Source: an uncultured Gemmatimonadaceae bacterium (lineage in GTDB: Bacteria; Gemmatimonadota; Gemmatimonadetes; Gemmatimonadales; Gemmatimonadaceae). Taken from it: DNA of 64,000 bases. The translations under genes and the position numbers were made by a program. The notes beneath the pieces are model-generated. The model was given only the letters and a program-made list of their open reading frames with translations. It had not been told where the DNA came from and made no database searches. Each line of letters begins with the position of its first letter. Positions within the stretch are counted from its first letter, which is position 1. Shown in pieces: positions 1-10,370 of this stretch. Location of the stretch: the NCBI GenBank assembly GCA_963751275.1, contig CAVVTZ010000007.1, positions 288,001 through 352,000 on the forward strand, given 5' to 3'.

Positions 1-21
1 CCACCGCGATCCACAGGCAAG

Positions 22-2876
22 ATGCCGGAGGCTCCCATGCGCCGCTTGTACTCGCTCGCCCTCGTTCCAATGATCGGACTCCTCGCCTTCCCCGCCGCGG
101 ACGCGGTGAAGGTCGCGGGGAGACTGCCGGTCGATCCGAAGTCCGCCATCATCGAAGGGAATGTGAATTCCGATGCCGGCGCGCCGCTCAACGGCGTGAA
201 TGTCTTCCTCGAGGGGAAGAATCTCGGCGCGATGACCAGCTCCGAAGGCTGGTATCGCATCACGGTGCCGGCCGCGAAGGTCACCGCGGATTCGGTCACG
301 CTCACGGCGCGGCTGATCGGCTATCGGCCGGTCTCCCGCCGGATCCTGCTCCACGCCGGCGAAAAGCGCACGGAGAATTTCACGCTCGCGACCAATCCGG
401 TTCGGCTCAGCGAGGTCGTGATCACCGGCGCGGGGACCGCGACGACGAGCGGCGCAGCCGAGCGAGCCGGCCGACGGCCCTGCCGCTCCGCAGTGCGCGC
501 CGGCATGGGCGCCAATGGCGGCGTCGCCGGGCCAATGTCCGATCGCGGTGCAAGTGAAATCCGCGTACGCGCACTCCCCCATGCCGCAGGACAAACTCGA
601 GGAGGCCGACGAGGTCGTCGTCATGGAACGCGGCCAGGCCCTCGGCGACGGCAAGGTCAAGCGCGGCGATGGCGACCGTCAGTCGCAGGCGCGTTCCGCA
701 GCGCGAATTGCCGCCCGTCACGCAGGGCACGTTGCGCGCGCGCGGTCCCGACGGCGAGATCGCCGGCGAATTCCCGCTCAAGCACACGGAAGTCGACGCG
801 GACATCAGCGGCTACCTCGCGCGCACGACGGTCACGCAGCAGTACACGAATCCCTTCACGGAAGTCATCGAAGCGGTGTATGTCTTCCCGCTCCCGTCGA
901 TGGCCGCGGTCAACGATTTCATGATGGAAGTGGGCGGCCGTAAGATCGTGGGTCTCGTGCGCCCGCGCGCGGAGGCCGAGCGCATCTATCGGGAGGCGAT
1001 CGCACGCGGGCAGACGGCGAGCCTCCTCACGCAGGAGCGCCCGAACATCTTCACGCAGAGCGTCGCGAACATCGAGCCGGGCGGGCACGTGGACATCAAG
1101 ATCACCTACTTCGAGCGGCTGCCGTACGAACACGGCGAGTACGAGTGGGTGATGCCGATGGTCGTCGGCCCGCGCTACATCCCCGGCGGCGCGACGGGCC
1201 CCGGCTTGCTCGCCGGCAATGGCATTCATCCGAACAATCCCGACGGCGGCGGCTGGAGTCCCAACACGGATGTCGTGCCCGACGCGAGCAAGATCACGCC
1301 GCCCGTGCTGAAGCCCGGCCAGCGCAGCGGACACGATATTGGCCTCACGGTGACGCTCGACGCCGGTCTGCCGATCACGAAGCTCACCGTTCCCGCGCAT
1401 CACGTGGAGATCTCGCGCCCCAATTCCACGAAGCGCGTGATCCATCTCGCCTCCAACGATTCGATCCCGAACCGCGACTTCATCCTGCGCTGGAGCGTGG
1501 CCGGCGACGAGACGCAATTCGGCGTCATCACGCACCGCGAGAGCGAGGATGGCCCCGGTTTCCTCACGCTGGCGATGCAGCCGCCCGCCGAGCCGACGGA
1601 CGAGCAGGTCACGCCGCGCGAGATCACCTTCATCATGGATGTGAGCGGCAGCATGATGGGACTGCCGATCGAGATGTCGAAGCAGGTCGTGCTGCGCTCG
1701 CTCGACAAGCTCCGCCCCGATGACCGGTTCAACATCGTCTATTTCTCCGGCGGCAATGCGCAGCTCTGGGAGTCGGCGCAGCTGGGCAGCTATGAGAACA
1801 TCCAGGCGGCCAAGAACTTCCTGCAGAACCTGAACGCGGGCGGCGGCACGGAGATGCTCGCCGGCCTCGAGCGCGCGCTGCACGCGCACCACGACGCGCG
1901 GTACTTGCAGATGTACATCTTCATGACCGACGGCTACGTGGGCGACGAGCCGCGCATCCTCGCCACGATCAAGAAGGAGCGGGGCGACGCGCGCTTCTTC
2001 GGCTTCGGCATTGGCTCGAGTGTGAACCGCTATCTCATCGACGGCATCGGCCAGGAGGGCGGCGGCGAGAGCTTCGTGCTCATCCCGCGCGACAGCGCGT
2101 ACGCGAATCGCGGCGTGGGCATGCTCTTCGAGGCGATCGACTCGCCCGTGCTCGTGGATGTCGCCGTGGATTGGAACGGCCTGCCGGTGGAGGAAGTGTA
2201 TCCGTCCAAGCTGCCCGATCTCTTCGGCGGGCAGACCATCAACTTGATCGCGAAGTACACGAGTCCGGCGAAGGGCACCTTCTACGTGACGGGGCGCGTC
2301 GGCAGCCGCCGCGTGCGCTACCCGGTGCGCGTGACACTGCCGGAGCGCGAGTCCGAACACGACGCGCTCGCGCCGGTGTGGGCGCGCGCGAAGATCGCCG
2401 ATCTCTCGAGCCAGCAACTCGCGGCCGACTCCGCCGACCGCGGGGGCTACGAGCGCGCGATCACGGATCTTGCGGTGAAGTACCACCTGGTGTCGCAATA
2501 CACCGCGTTCGTGGCGGTGGATGAATCACGGATCGTGGGCGACGGGCACCTGCGGCGCGTCGTGCAGCCGGTGGAACTCCCCGAGGGGGTGAGTTACCAG
2601 GGGATCTTCGGCGAGCCGTGCGTGGGCGTTCCCGTTCGCATTGGCGCGTGGGGGATCGACGTGCAGGAGACCCAGAGCGGGAAGATCAGGGTGGGTTCCG
2701 TGTCGGAGTCGAGCTCCGCGGCGCAGGCAGGGATCACGAAGGGCGCGGAGATCAGAAGTGTGAACGGAGTGAAGATCACGGACGTCGCTCAGCTCGAACA
2801 GGTACTGATGCAAAGCGGCGGCTCGGTCACGATTGAGACGGGAACGGCAGTCAAGGTGACGCTCAAGGCACCATGA
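22..2876 (+). CDS. Secreted VIT + vWA domain protein with N-terminal carboxypeptidase-regulatory-like domain and C-terminal PDZ-like domain; two apparent frameshifts (~450, ~695)
   Basis: Signal peptide and 'GAPLNGVNV...LIGYRP...LSEVVITG' lie in the ORF 22 frame, and a linker lies in the ORF 515 frame. VIT ('PLKHTEVDADISG...EAVYVFPLP'), MIDAS 'DVSGSM' and 'FMTDG' lie in ORF 669..2876. Joining the three frames is an inference. Confidence 0.75.
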
Positions 2877-2883
2877 GCGGAGA

Positions 2884-3150
2884 GTAGCGACCCGAACTCC
2901 GTCATTGGTCACCCGAACGCCGTGAGGCGTGAGGCGTGCGACGAACGGACTGTGGGGCGTCATTCGAAACCCGAACGCCGTGAGTCGTTAGTTCACTCAC
3001 GGCGTTCGGGTCTCGTCTCACGCAGTACAGTCTGTTCGTCGACGCCTCACGCCTCACGGCGTTCGGGTCTCGTCTCACGCAGTACAATCTGTTCGGCGCA
3101 CGCCTCACGCCTCACGGCGTTCGGGTGACCAATAACGGCGTTCGGGTTTC
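2884..3150. repeat. Family A palindromic element, copy 1, with a 57-58 bp internal tandem duplication
   Basis: Inverted ACCCGAAC(G/T)CCGT units, GTGAGGC heptamers and a central hairpin CCCGAACGCCGTGAGT-loop-ACTCACGGCGTTCGGG. Confidence 0.9.
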
Positions 3151-3162
3151 CAATCGCGCCCT

Positions 3163-4494
3163 TCAGAACTGCTCGAGCTTCGCCCTGGTCACGCGCAGTG
3201 TATCCCCAACGAACGCCCAAACGAACCCTTTCATGTATTTCTGCGCGACATACTGCACCCCAAGCGGAGTCACCGCGTGGATGTCCAAAACGAATCGGTC
3301 GGCATATCGATAATCGCCGCGGTACACCTGCGCGCGCGCGAGTTGGTTCGCCTGGTCCGCGTTCGTCTCGTTCTTCAGGAAGAACTCCGTGATGAACTGC
3401 TGCTCGATCAGATTCAGCTGGTCCGGGTCCAGCCGTCCGCGCTTCAGCGCTTCGGTCTCGCGGCGCATGATGTCCAGCGTGGAATCCGCGAATGCGGTGG
3501 TCACGTACAGCCCGCCCGTCGTGATCGCGCGCTCCTCGAACGGCGCGTCCACGTCGTACGTCAGATTCCGCCGTGACCGCACCTCGGTGAACAACCGCCC
3601 CGCGACCACCGCGGTCGCGATGCGCAGCGCGGTCGCGTCGGAGCTCGACGCCGGCGGGCCAATGTAATAGCCGAGCAGGTAATTCGTCGGCAGCCGCTTG
3701 TGTACCATCACCGCCGGTCCACCGACATCCGGCTGCGCCACCGGCGGCGTCCAACGGTACATGCCATGCGGGATCTTCCCGAACGTCTGCGCCACCAGGC
3801 GCGCGAGATGGTCGCGCTCCACGTTCCCCACCACCACGAGCAGCATGCGCGACGTGATGATCTTGGTCGCGCGCCAATCCGCCAGCTGTGCCGCGGTGAA
3901 CGACGCCACGGATTTCTCGTTCCCGCCCACCGGCATCGAGTACGGCATCCCCGCGAAGCGCGCGCTGTCGGCCAGCAGGTGCACAAGACCATCAGGATTG
4001 TCGTCGCGCTGGCGCAGCGCCGAGAGGATCTGGTCGCGCACGAAGTCGATGTCGGCCGGGTCGAGCGAACCGTTCGTCAGCCGGTCGGCCCAGATCGCCC
4101 ATGTGCTGTCGAACGTCGACTTCACCCCGCGGAATCCATACAGCGTCCAGTCATCGCTCGGCGACACCACGATCGTGCTGCCCAGCGCCGCGATCTTCTT
4201 GCGTAGCGCATCCTGCGAGTAGTTCTTGGTTCCGCGCTCGGACACCCAGAGCAGGAAGGGCTCGATGCCCGCGTTCTCCGCCGTCACCATTTGGTCGCCG
4301 CCGAGCAGATACAGATTGAGCGCGACGACATCGTTCGCGGGATTGCGCCGCAATATCACGTGCACGCCGCCGGTGTCGAACGCCACAGTGGACGTGTCGA
4401 ATCGCGCGCCGGCGCGCGGCGCGGGGGTCTGCTGCGCAGGGAGCGCGGCCGCGGACGCGAGCACGGCCGCGGTGAACAGAGCGAGGCGGCGCAT
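3163..4494 (-). CDS. M16 (pitrilysin-like) peptidase, non-catalytic subunit
   Basis: Signal peptide MRRLALF..., 'RLFTEVRSRRNLTY' motif, no HxxEH. The start overlaps the stop of the upstream M16 gene. Confidence 0.85.
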   Translation of the reverse strand: MRRLALFTAAVLASAAALPAQQTPAPRAGARFDTSTVAFDTGGVHVILRRNPANDVVALNLYLLGGDQMVTAENAGIEPFLLWVSERGTKNYSQDALRKKIAALGSTIVVSPSDDWTLYGFRGVKSTFDSTWAIWADRLTNGSLDPADIDFVRDQILSALRQRDDNPDGLVHLLADSARFAGMPYSMPVGGNEKSVASFTAAQLADWRATKIITSRMLLVVVGNVERDHLARLVAQTFGKIPHGMYRWTPPVAQPDVGGPAVMVHKRLPTNYLLGYYIGPPASSSDATALRIATAVVAGRLFTEVRSRRNLTYDVDAPFEERAITTGGLYVTTAFADSTLDIMRRETEALKRGRLDPDQLNLIEQQFITEFFLKNETNADQANQLARAQVYRGDYRYADRFVLDIHAVTPLGVQYVAQKYMKGFVWAFVGDTLRVTRAKLEQF

Positions 4495-5963
4495 CACTTG
4501 GGGCTCCGCGGGGTGTTCGAGGATGTGGTCACGCTGTCGCCGAGGACGTCCGCGTCGGTGAGTCCGATCGCGCGGCGCGCGTCGGGGGAGATGAGCACGC
4601 CCACCACATGCGGCTTGCCCACGATGTACTTCTTCGCGTAGGCGCGCATGTCGGCCAGGTTCTGTTTCGCCATATTGTCCACGTAGCCCATGTAGTAGTC
4701 GAGGCTCGCGACGGCCCACCAGAAGCCGAGCTCGTGCGCGAAGCCGCTCGCGCGCTCGAGCCCCATGGCGGTGCCCACCGCGCGCTGCTGCTTCTGCGGC
4801 TCGAGCTCGGATTCCGACAGGTAGCCCGGTTGGTCGAACTTCGCGATCTCCTGGTACAGCGCGGCCATCGCCGGCTTCAGCTTCTCCGGCGACGTCTCGC
4901 CGCTGATCGTGATCGGGCCCACGTGGTTGAGCGTGTAATAGTTCACCACCATGTCGGTCCAGAGCCCGCTGTCCACGAGCCGCTTCTGGAAGTTCGACCC
5001 ATCCTGATTGAGCAGCCCGCTGAAGACGTCGGCCGCGTACGTGGATTGCGGGTCCTTCTGCACGCTCGGCCCCCGCCACTGCACGAGCACCGCCACCGTG
5101 TTCACCGGCTCCTCGACGATCACCGCGGCGCTCTTGGTGAAGGGCGGGAAATCCGGCACCGGGTACTTCACGTTGGGGTCGTCGCCGCGGGGCATCTTGC
5201 CGAAGATGGCGTCCGCCATGCGGAAGGACGTTTCCGGATCGACGTCGCCGGCGATGATGAGCGCGGCGTTGTTCGGGATGTAGTAGCGCTTCTGGATCTC
5301 GAACATCTGCGCGGGCGTGACGGTCGCGATCACGCTGCGCTCGCCGATGGTGTTCTTGCGCGACACCTCGGATCCCCACATCACGCTGTCCATCTTCTGC
5401 GTGAGCTGGAAGAAGGGGCTCGACTCCTGGCGGTCGTATTCGCCGAGCACCACCTGGCGTTCGCGGTCGAGCTCATCCTTGCGGAAGCGCGGCGCGCTGA
5501 ACGCGGCCTCGAGGAATTCCATCGCGCCCTGCAACGAATCGGCGGGCACGGTCAGGTAGTAGTTCACGACCTCCTCGCGCGTGCTCGCGTTGTAGATGGC
5601 GCCGAGCTCGCTCGCGCGCGCGACGAACTGGTCGGGCTGCGGGTAGTCGTCGTTGCTCTTGAAGAACATGTGCTCGTACATGTGCGCGAGGCCGGCGTAC
5701 TCGGGCGTCTGGGTGAAGGCGCCGTTCTTGACGACGAGCTCCACCGTGGCGAGCGGCACGCCGTGGTTCTCGATGACGATGACCTCGAGGCCGTTGCCGA
5801 GGAGCTTGCGCTGGATGATCCGCTCGAGCTCCTCGCGCTGCGTGGGCTGCTTGGCCGCGGGGGCGGCGGGTGCGGCCGGCTTGGCCTTCGTCTTCGTCTG
5901 CGCCCCGGCGAGCGCCGGCGCCGCGAGGAGCGCCGTTACAAGGATCCTGGTTGTTCGAGTCAT
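4494..5963 (-). CDS. M16 zinc peptidase, catalytic subunit
   Basis: 'GLAHMYEHMFF' (HxxEH), 'YYIPNNAALIIAGD' and a signal peptide. Confidence 0.92.
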   Translation of the reverse strand: MTRTTRILVTALLAAPALAGAQTKTKAKPAAPAAPAAKQPTQREELERIIQRKLLGNGLEVIVIENHGVPLATVELVVKNGAFTQTPEYAGLAHMYEHMFFKSNDDYPQPDQFVARASELGAIYNASTREEVVNYYLTVPADSLQGAMEFLEAAFSAPRFRKDELDRERQVVLGEYDRQESSPFFQLTQKMDSVMWGSEVSRKNTIGERSVIATVTPAQMFEIQKRYYIPNNAALIIAGDVDPETSFRMADAIFGKMPRGDDPNVKYPVPDFPPFTKSAAVIVEEPVNTVAVLVQWRGPSVQKDPQSTYAADVFSGLLNQDGSNFQKRLVDSGLWTDMVVNYYTLNHVGPITISGETSPEKLKPAMAALYQEIAKFDQPGYLSESELEPQKQQRAVGTAMGLERASGFAHELGFWWAVASLDYYMGYVDNMAKQNLADMRAYAKKYIVGKPHVVGVLISPDARRAIGLTDADVLGDSVTTSSNTPRSPK

Positions 5964-6023
5964 GGCACCAAAGTTAGCGCGTGGGGGCGATGAAGACGAC
6001 CTGAGGGTGTTGTACCCCAAAGC

Positions 6024-6133
6024 AGTCATCCTGACAATCGTGTTCATCCTGTAATCCTGTCAAAGTAGTTTGTTCTAGCTACGACAAACTGCTTTGACAG
6101 GATTACGGGATAATCAGGATGAACAGGATGACT
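6024..6133. repeat. Family C palindromic element (9-nt GGAT periodicity), copy 1
   Basis: ATCCTGTCAAAGTAGTTTGT pairs with ACAAACTGCTTTGACAGGAT, flanked by CATCCTG/CAGGATG units. Confidence 0.85.
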
Positions 6134-6182
6134 GCTACTTCCTTTATGAACTACAACGGCCGAGGCACTCTCATCGTTAGAA

Positions 6183-6236
6183 TGGTATAATGTAGGGCGC
6201 CGGCGGGCGGGAACTCTCCTCCGGCCGAACTACTTT
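6183..6236 (+). promoter_or_regulatory. Putative promoters of the ECF operon: extended -10 TGGTATAAT and ECF-type -35 GGAACT
   Basis: TATAAT at 6186-6191 and GGAACT at 6210-6215, upstream of the sigma gene. Confidence 0.45.
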
Positions 6237-6256
6237 CTCGCAAGTACGGGGAACGC

Positions 6257-6889
6257 GTGGCCGACGAACGCCCGGAGACCAAGCTCGAGCAGGACGCGCG
6301 CTTCGAACGCGAGGCGCTCCCGTGGATGGATGATGTCTACCGCTTCGCGCGTTCGATGACGCACGATGAAGCGGACGCGGATGATCTCGTCCAGGAGACG
6401 TACCTGCGCGCGTACCGCGCGTGGCACACGTTCGAGCCGGGCAGCGACTGCCGGCGCTGGCTGTTCACGATCTGCCGGAACGTCTTCCTGCGCACGCGCG
6501 AGCGCGAGGCGCGGCAGGTGGACACCGGCGGCGACGATGCGGTGCTCGAGACGATGGCGGCGGTGCGCGAAGCGTCGCCCTTTGCCACGACGAACGCCGA
6601 CGCGATCTTCTCCCGGGTCGATCTCGTCCCGGCGATCCGGAAGGCGCTCGACGAATTGCCGGAAGTCTTCCGGACGGCGGTGGTGCTGGTGGACGTGGAA
6701 GGACAGAGTTACGACGAAGCGGCGGCGGTGCTCGGCGTGCCGATCGGCACCGTGCGGTCACGCCTCTTTCGCGGACGACGGATCCTGCAGCAATCGCTCC
6801 TCGAGTTCGCGCGCGATGCCGGTTTCGCCGGCACGGCGGTGAAGGAAGCGAAGGAAGTGCCCCGGGAGGGTGGCGCCCATGGATTGTGA
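6257..6889 (+). CDS. ECF RNA polymerase sigma factor
   Basis: 'DADDLVQETYLRAY', 'WLFTICRN', 'SYDEAAAVLGVPIGTVRSRLFRGR'. Confidence 0.95.
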   Translation: MADERPETKLEQDARFEREALPWMDDVYRFARSMTHDEADADDLVQETYLRAYRAWHTFEPGSDCRRWLFTICRNVFLRTREREARQVDTGGDDAVLETMAAVREASPFATTNADAIFSRVDLVPAIRKALDELPEVFRTAVVLVDVEGQSYDEAAAVLGVPIGTVRSRLFRGRRILQQSLLEFARDAGFAGTAVKEAKEVPREGGAHGL

Positions 6890-7121
6890 ACAGAACATCA
6901 AACAGCTCTGGGACTACCTGGACGGCGAGCTCACCGAAGCCCGCATGAGTGAGATCCGCGGCCACCTCAAGTCCTGCCGCGGCTGCTTCCCGCATTTCGA
7001 TTTCGAGAAGGAATTCCTCGAGGCGATCGCGAAGAGCAAAGTGGAACAGACCGCGCCGGAGGATCTCAGGCGGAAAGTCATGGCCAAGCTTCGGAAGGCG
7101 GGAATGGCCGGAGCGTCCTGA
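6879..7121 (+). CDS. Zinc-finger (zf-HC2) anti-sigma factor
   Basis: 'C...LWDYLDGEL...HLKSCRGC' (HxxxCxxC), overlapping the end of the sigma gene. Confidence 0.92.
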   Translation: MDCEQNIKQLWDYLDGELTEARMSEIRGHLKSCRGCFPHFDFEKEFLEAIAKSKVEQTAPEDLRRKVMAKLRKAGMAGAS

Positions 7122-7138
7122 ACCACGGAACTGCGTCC

Positions 7139-7270
7139 TTGGTCCCCCGAACGCCGTGAGTCGTTAGTGCACTCACGGCGTTCGGGTTTCCAGCACCGCA
7201 TTTCAATCAGTTCGTCGCACGCCTCACGCCTCACGGCGTTCGGGTGACCAAGTACGGAGTTCGGGTCGCC
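7139..7270. repeat. Family A palindromic element, copy 2
   Basis: Same central hairpin as ~2970-3010. The right arm is the reverse complement of ~2887-2946. Confidence 0.9.
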
Positions 7271-7279
7271 AGCAATTCC

Positions 7280-7744
7280 CTACTTTCCGTTCAGTAGGAG
7301 CTGCGTCTCCACTTTGATCCCCGGATCCAGCGACGCTCCCACCGAGCAGTACTTGTACACGGCCAGCTCGATCGCCCGTTGGGCGTGATGGCGCTCGATC
7401 CCCTCGCCCGTGATGGTGAACTTCATCATCACGTGCGTGAGCCGGCGCGGCGTGGTCTCGACGCGCGTGCCCAGAGACTCGATGTCCAGCGTCGCCACCG
7501 GCGTGCGCCGCTTCGCGAGGATCTCCACGACGTCGGTCGCCGCGCACGTCGCGAGCGCGCTGAGCAGCGTCTCCACCGGGCCGGACGCCGTCCTGCCGTG
7601 TGAATCGATCAACATCGGCGGCACCCCCGGCTTGCCCGTCTCGAATTCCTGGTCCTTCAGCCATTTCGTGCGCACCACCTGCGGCGCGTGGACCTTGAAC
7701 TCCTGCGTATGCGCCGCCTTGTGCGCTTCGCTGTATTCGCTCAT
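7280..7744 (-). CDS. OsmC/YhfA family protein
   Basis: '[13 protein letters not shown]...DVVEIL' and 'KYCSV'; ATGA overlap with the sulfurtransferase. Confidence 0.88.
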   Translation of the reverse strand: MSEYSEAHKAAHTQEFKVHAPQVVRTKWLKDQEFETGKPGVPPMLIDSHGRTASGPVETLLSALATCAATDVVEILAKRRTPVATLDIESLGTRVETTPRRLTHVMMKFTITGEGIERHHAQRAIELAVYKYCSVGASLDPGIKVETQLLLNGK

Positions 7745-8607
7745 CGCTCCACCGGAAGCCGCACGGCATTGCCCCATTCGGTCCAGCTGCCGTCGTAATT
7801 GCGCACCTTGGGATAGCCGAGGAGATACGTGAGGACGAACCACGTATGCGACGAGCGCTCGCCGATGCGGCAGTACGCGATCACGTCGTCGCCGGCCTTC
7901 AGCCCTTTCTCTTCCTCGTAGATCGCGCGCAGCTCGGCCGCACTCTTGAAGGTGCCATCCGCGTTCGCGGCGCGCGCCCACGGCACGCTCTTCGCGCCGG
8001 GAATGTGTCCGCCGCGCAGCACGCCCTCCTGCGGATACTCGGCCATGTGCGTCCTCTTCCCCGTGAATTCATCGGGGGAGCGGACATCCACGAGCGGCTT
8101 GCCCGCCTTGGCGTGCGCGAGCACCTCATCGCGGAACGCGCGGATGCGCGCGTCGTTGCGCGGCGGCGCCTCGTACGCGGTGGCCGCGTACTTCGGGACC
8201 TCGGTGAGGAATTCGCGACCTTCCAGTTCCCACTTCATGCGGCCGCCGTCGAGCACCTTGCCGTTCTTGAAGCCGAACAATTCGAAGACCCAGAGCGCGT
8301 AGCACGCCCACCAATTGTTCTTGTCGCCGTAGAAGATGACCGTCGTGGAGTCATCGATCCCCTTGGCGCGCAGCAATCGCTCGAAACGCTCGCGGTCCAC
8401 GTAGTCGCGCACGAGATCGTCGTTGAGGTCCGCATGCCAATCGACCTTCTGCGCGCCCTGGATGTGCCCGGTGTCGTAGAGGAGGACATCCTCATCGCTC
8501 TCGATCACGCGGAGCGTCGGGTCGGAGAGATGCGCCGCGAGCCACTCGGTGGACACGAGTTTGTCGGGGGTGGAATAGCCTTTCGCTGCTATGGGATCGG
8601 CTGCCAT
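7741..8607 (-). CDS. Tandem-rhodanese sulfurtransferase (SseA/CysA-like)
   Basis: 'LVSTEWL', 'GHIPGA', 'YCRIGERS', '[10 protein letters not shown]'. Confidence 0.95.
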   Translation of the reverse strand: MAADPIAAKGYSTPDKLVSTEWLAAHLSDPTLRVIESDEDVLLYDTGHIQGAQKVDWHADLNDDLVRDYVDRERFERLLRAKGIDDSTTVIFYGDKNNWWACYALWVFELFGFKNGKVLDGGRMKWELEGREFLTEVPKYAATAYEAPPRNDARIRAFRDEVLAHAKAGKPLVDVRSPDEFTGKRTHMAEYPQEGVLRGGHIPGAKSVPWARAANADGTFKSAAELRAIYEEEKGLKAGDDVIAYCRIGERSSHTWFVLTYLLGYPKVRNYDGSWTEWGNAVRLPVER

Positions 8608-8657
8608 CCTGAACTCCTCTGGGTGTTCGATTGCAATCTAAACAGGAGACAGTCGAG

Positions 8658-8724
8658 AGGCAGTCGTTGGTCGTACGCGTTTAGAATATCTGCCGTTCTA
8701 AACGCGTACGACCAAAGACTGCCT
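8658..8724. repeat. Long intergenic hairpin related to the CAGTCGA heptamer tracts
   Basis: AGGCAGTCGTTGGTCGTACGCGTTTAGAA pairs with TTCTAAACGCGTACGACCAAAGACTGCCT. Confidence 0.8.
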
Positions 8725-8725
8725 A

Positions 8726-9058
8726 TCACCCTATGCGCGTCCCGTTCGCCACTGGTCTCTCCACTTGAAGCAGAACGACCTCGGAGGGCTGAGGCATCGC
8801 GCCCAGCACGAGCACCTCGCTGTCGAACGTCGCGATCCGCCGCACGGGGAAATTCACGACGGCCATCACTTGCCGCCCGACGAGTTCCGCGGGCGTGTAA
8901 TGCACGGTGAGCTGCGCGCTCGAGCGTTTCACGCCGATCTCCGGGCCGAAATCGATCTCGAGCTTGATCGCGGGCTTCCTGGCCGCGGGGAACGCGTCGG
9001 CGCGCAGCACGGTGCCGACGCGGATGTCGATCCGCTGGAATTCGTCGAACGTCGCCAT
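8726..9058 (-). CDS. csaA: CsaA-like tRNA-binding protein / export chaperone
   Basis: 'DIRVGTV...ARKPAIKLEIDFGPEIGVKRSSAQLT...VVNFP...SEVLVLG'. Confidence 0.9.
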   Translation of the reverse strand: MATFDEFQRIDIRVGTVLRADAFPAARKPAIKLEIDFGPEIGVKRSSAQLTVHYTPAELVGRQVMAVVNFPVRRIATFDSEVLVLGAMPQPSEVVLLQVERPVANGTRIG

Positions 9059-9071
9059 GCTAGATTCCGGA

Positions 9072-9392
9072 ATGGGACAATACAAACATCACGTCTTCGT
9101 CTGCACCTCGGGCGGCACCTGCCCCGGCCAGGGCGGCGACGCGGTGCACGCCGCCTTGAAGAAGGCCGCCGCCGCCGCCGGCCTCAAGGGCATCGTCCGC
9201 GTGAACCATTCCGGCTGCCTCGGCCAATGCGGCCACGGGCCGATGGCCGTCGTGTACCCGGATGACATCTGGTACGCCGGCCTCAATGTCCACGGCGCCG
9301 AGAAGATCCTTCGCGATCATCTGATCGAGGGGAAGATCGTCGAGAGCTACAGGTACATCGCGCCGCCGGGGGACAATAAGATCGAAGACTGA
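9072..9392 (+). CDS. Thioredoxin-like [2Fe-2S] ferredoxin
   Basis: 'HVFVC...C...SGCLGQC..GP..VVYPDDIWY'. Confidence 0.9.
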   Translation: MGQYKHHVFVCTSGGTCPGQGGDAVHAALKKAAAAAGLKGIVRVNHSGCLGQCGHGPMAVVYPDDIWYAGLNVHGAEKILRDHLIEGKIVESYRYIAPPGDNKIED

Positions 9393-9401
9393 CTACGAAC
9401 T

Positions 9402-9556
9402 GCGCGTGTAGGGCCTTGTACTGCTGTGACGGCGCGTCTAGGAGGCAGCGTGTGGTACAGCAGAGCGGGAGTGGCTGCCGCAGCTACTCCCGCTCTGCTG
9501 TACCACACGCTGCCTCCTAGACGCGCCGTTCAAGCGGTACTAGGGCCCACACGCGC
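9402..9556. repeat. Family B ~155-bp near-perfect palindrome, copy 1
   Basis: Arms GTAGGG...GCGTCTAGGAGGCAGCGTGTGGTAC and GTACCACACGCTGCCTCCTAGACGC...CCCAC. Confidence 0.92.
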
Positions 9557-10354
9557 TCCCGCAACTGCCTTCTCGATCCAATCGATGACCTGCCCCGCGA
9601 TGACTTCGAATCCCGGCTCCGAGATCGCGAGATGCGCGTGCCTCTCCGCCACGATCTGCGTGGCGCCGTATTTCTTCGCGAGCGCGCGTCCGATGCGCGG
9701 CACCACGAACCGGTCGTCGCTCGCCGTCACCGACAGTACCGGGCACTTCACCTTCGAGGCGTCCACCGCGATCATGCCGAAGGACATCTCGCGCCCCGCG
9801 GTGCCGCTCTCGGGCACCAGGCGCGCGAAGGCCGCGTCCGCATCCTCCTTCGGCGTGCGATTGAACATGAGCCAATCGCAGTCCCCGCGGCTCGCGGTGA
9901 GCGCGCGCGAGCCGAGCATCGCCGGCATGTGCTTGAGTTGCCGTCCGATGAGCGACGGGCTCGTCACGAGGATCCCGCGCGGCGGCGCGGCGCACACCAG
10001 CACCGCGGCGCGCACCGCGCCCGCCTCCGCCATCTTCTGCGCGAGCAATCCGCCCATCGAATGGCCGATCACCACCGGGTTGCCCAGCGCGCGCGCCACC
10101 TCGAGCGCGTCGTCCACGTAGTCGCGCACCGAGACGCGGCCCAGGTCCGGCACCGGCCGGCTGCCGTGATGCCCGCGCAGGTCGAGCGCCTGCGACTCGA
10201 AGCCGCGCGCGGCGAGCAGCGGCAGCCAGCCGTCGAACTGCCACGCGCCGCCGAACATGCCGTGCACGCAGAGCACCGGCGGACGTTTCGGGCCGCCGCT
10301 CTTGGCATCCACCGAGCGCAGCGTCAGGCCGCTCGGCATGGTCACGGTGCGCAA
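9530..10354 (-). CDS. Alpha/beta hydrolase
   Basis: 'VHGMFGG', 'DLRGH', 'GHSMGG'. Confidence 0.9.
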   Translation of the reverse strand: MRTVTMPSGLTLRSVDAKSGGPKRPPVLCVHGMFGGAWQFDGWLPLLAARGFESQALDLRGHHGSRPVPDLGRVSVRDYVDDALEVARALGNPVVIGHSMGGLLAQKMAEAGAVRAAVLVCAAPPRGILVTSPSLIGRQLKHMPAMLGSRALTASRGDCDWLMFNRTPKEDADAAFARLVPESGTAGREMSFGMIAVDASKVKCPVLSVTASDDRFVVPRIGRALAKKYGATQIVAERHAHLAISEPGFEVIAGQVIDWIEKAVAGARVGPSTA

Positions 10355-10370
10355 TGTCGCGTCTCCGCTC

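Noticed and set aside
2884..3150. Regularly spaced repeats resembling a mini CRISPR array
   Set aside because: The 'spacers' are near-identical, units occur in both orientations, and there are no cas genes.
6162..6174. 13-mer GAGGCACTCTCAT also present inverted at ~53140-53152
   Set aside because: Isolated 13-mer matches are expected by chance in 64 kb, and there is no flanking similarity.
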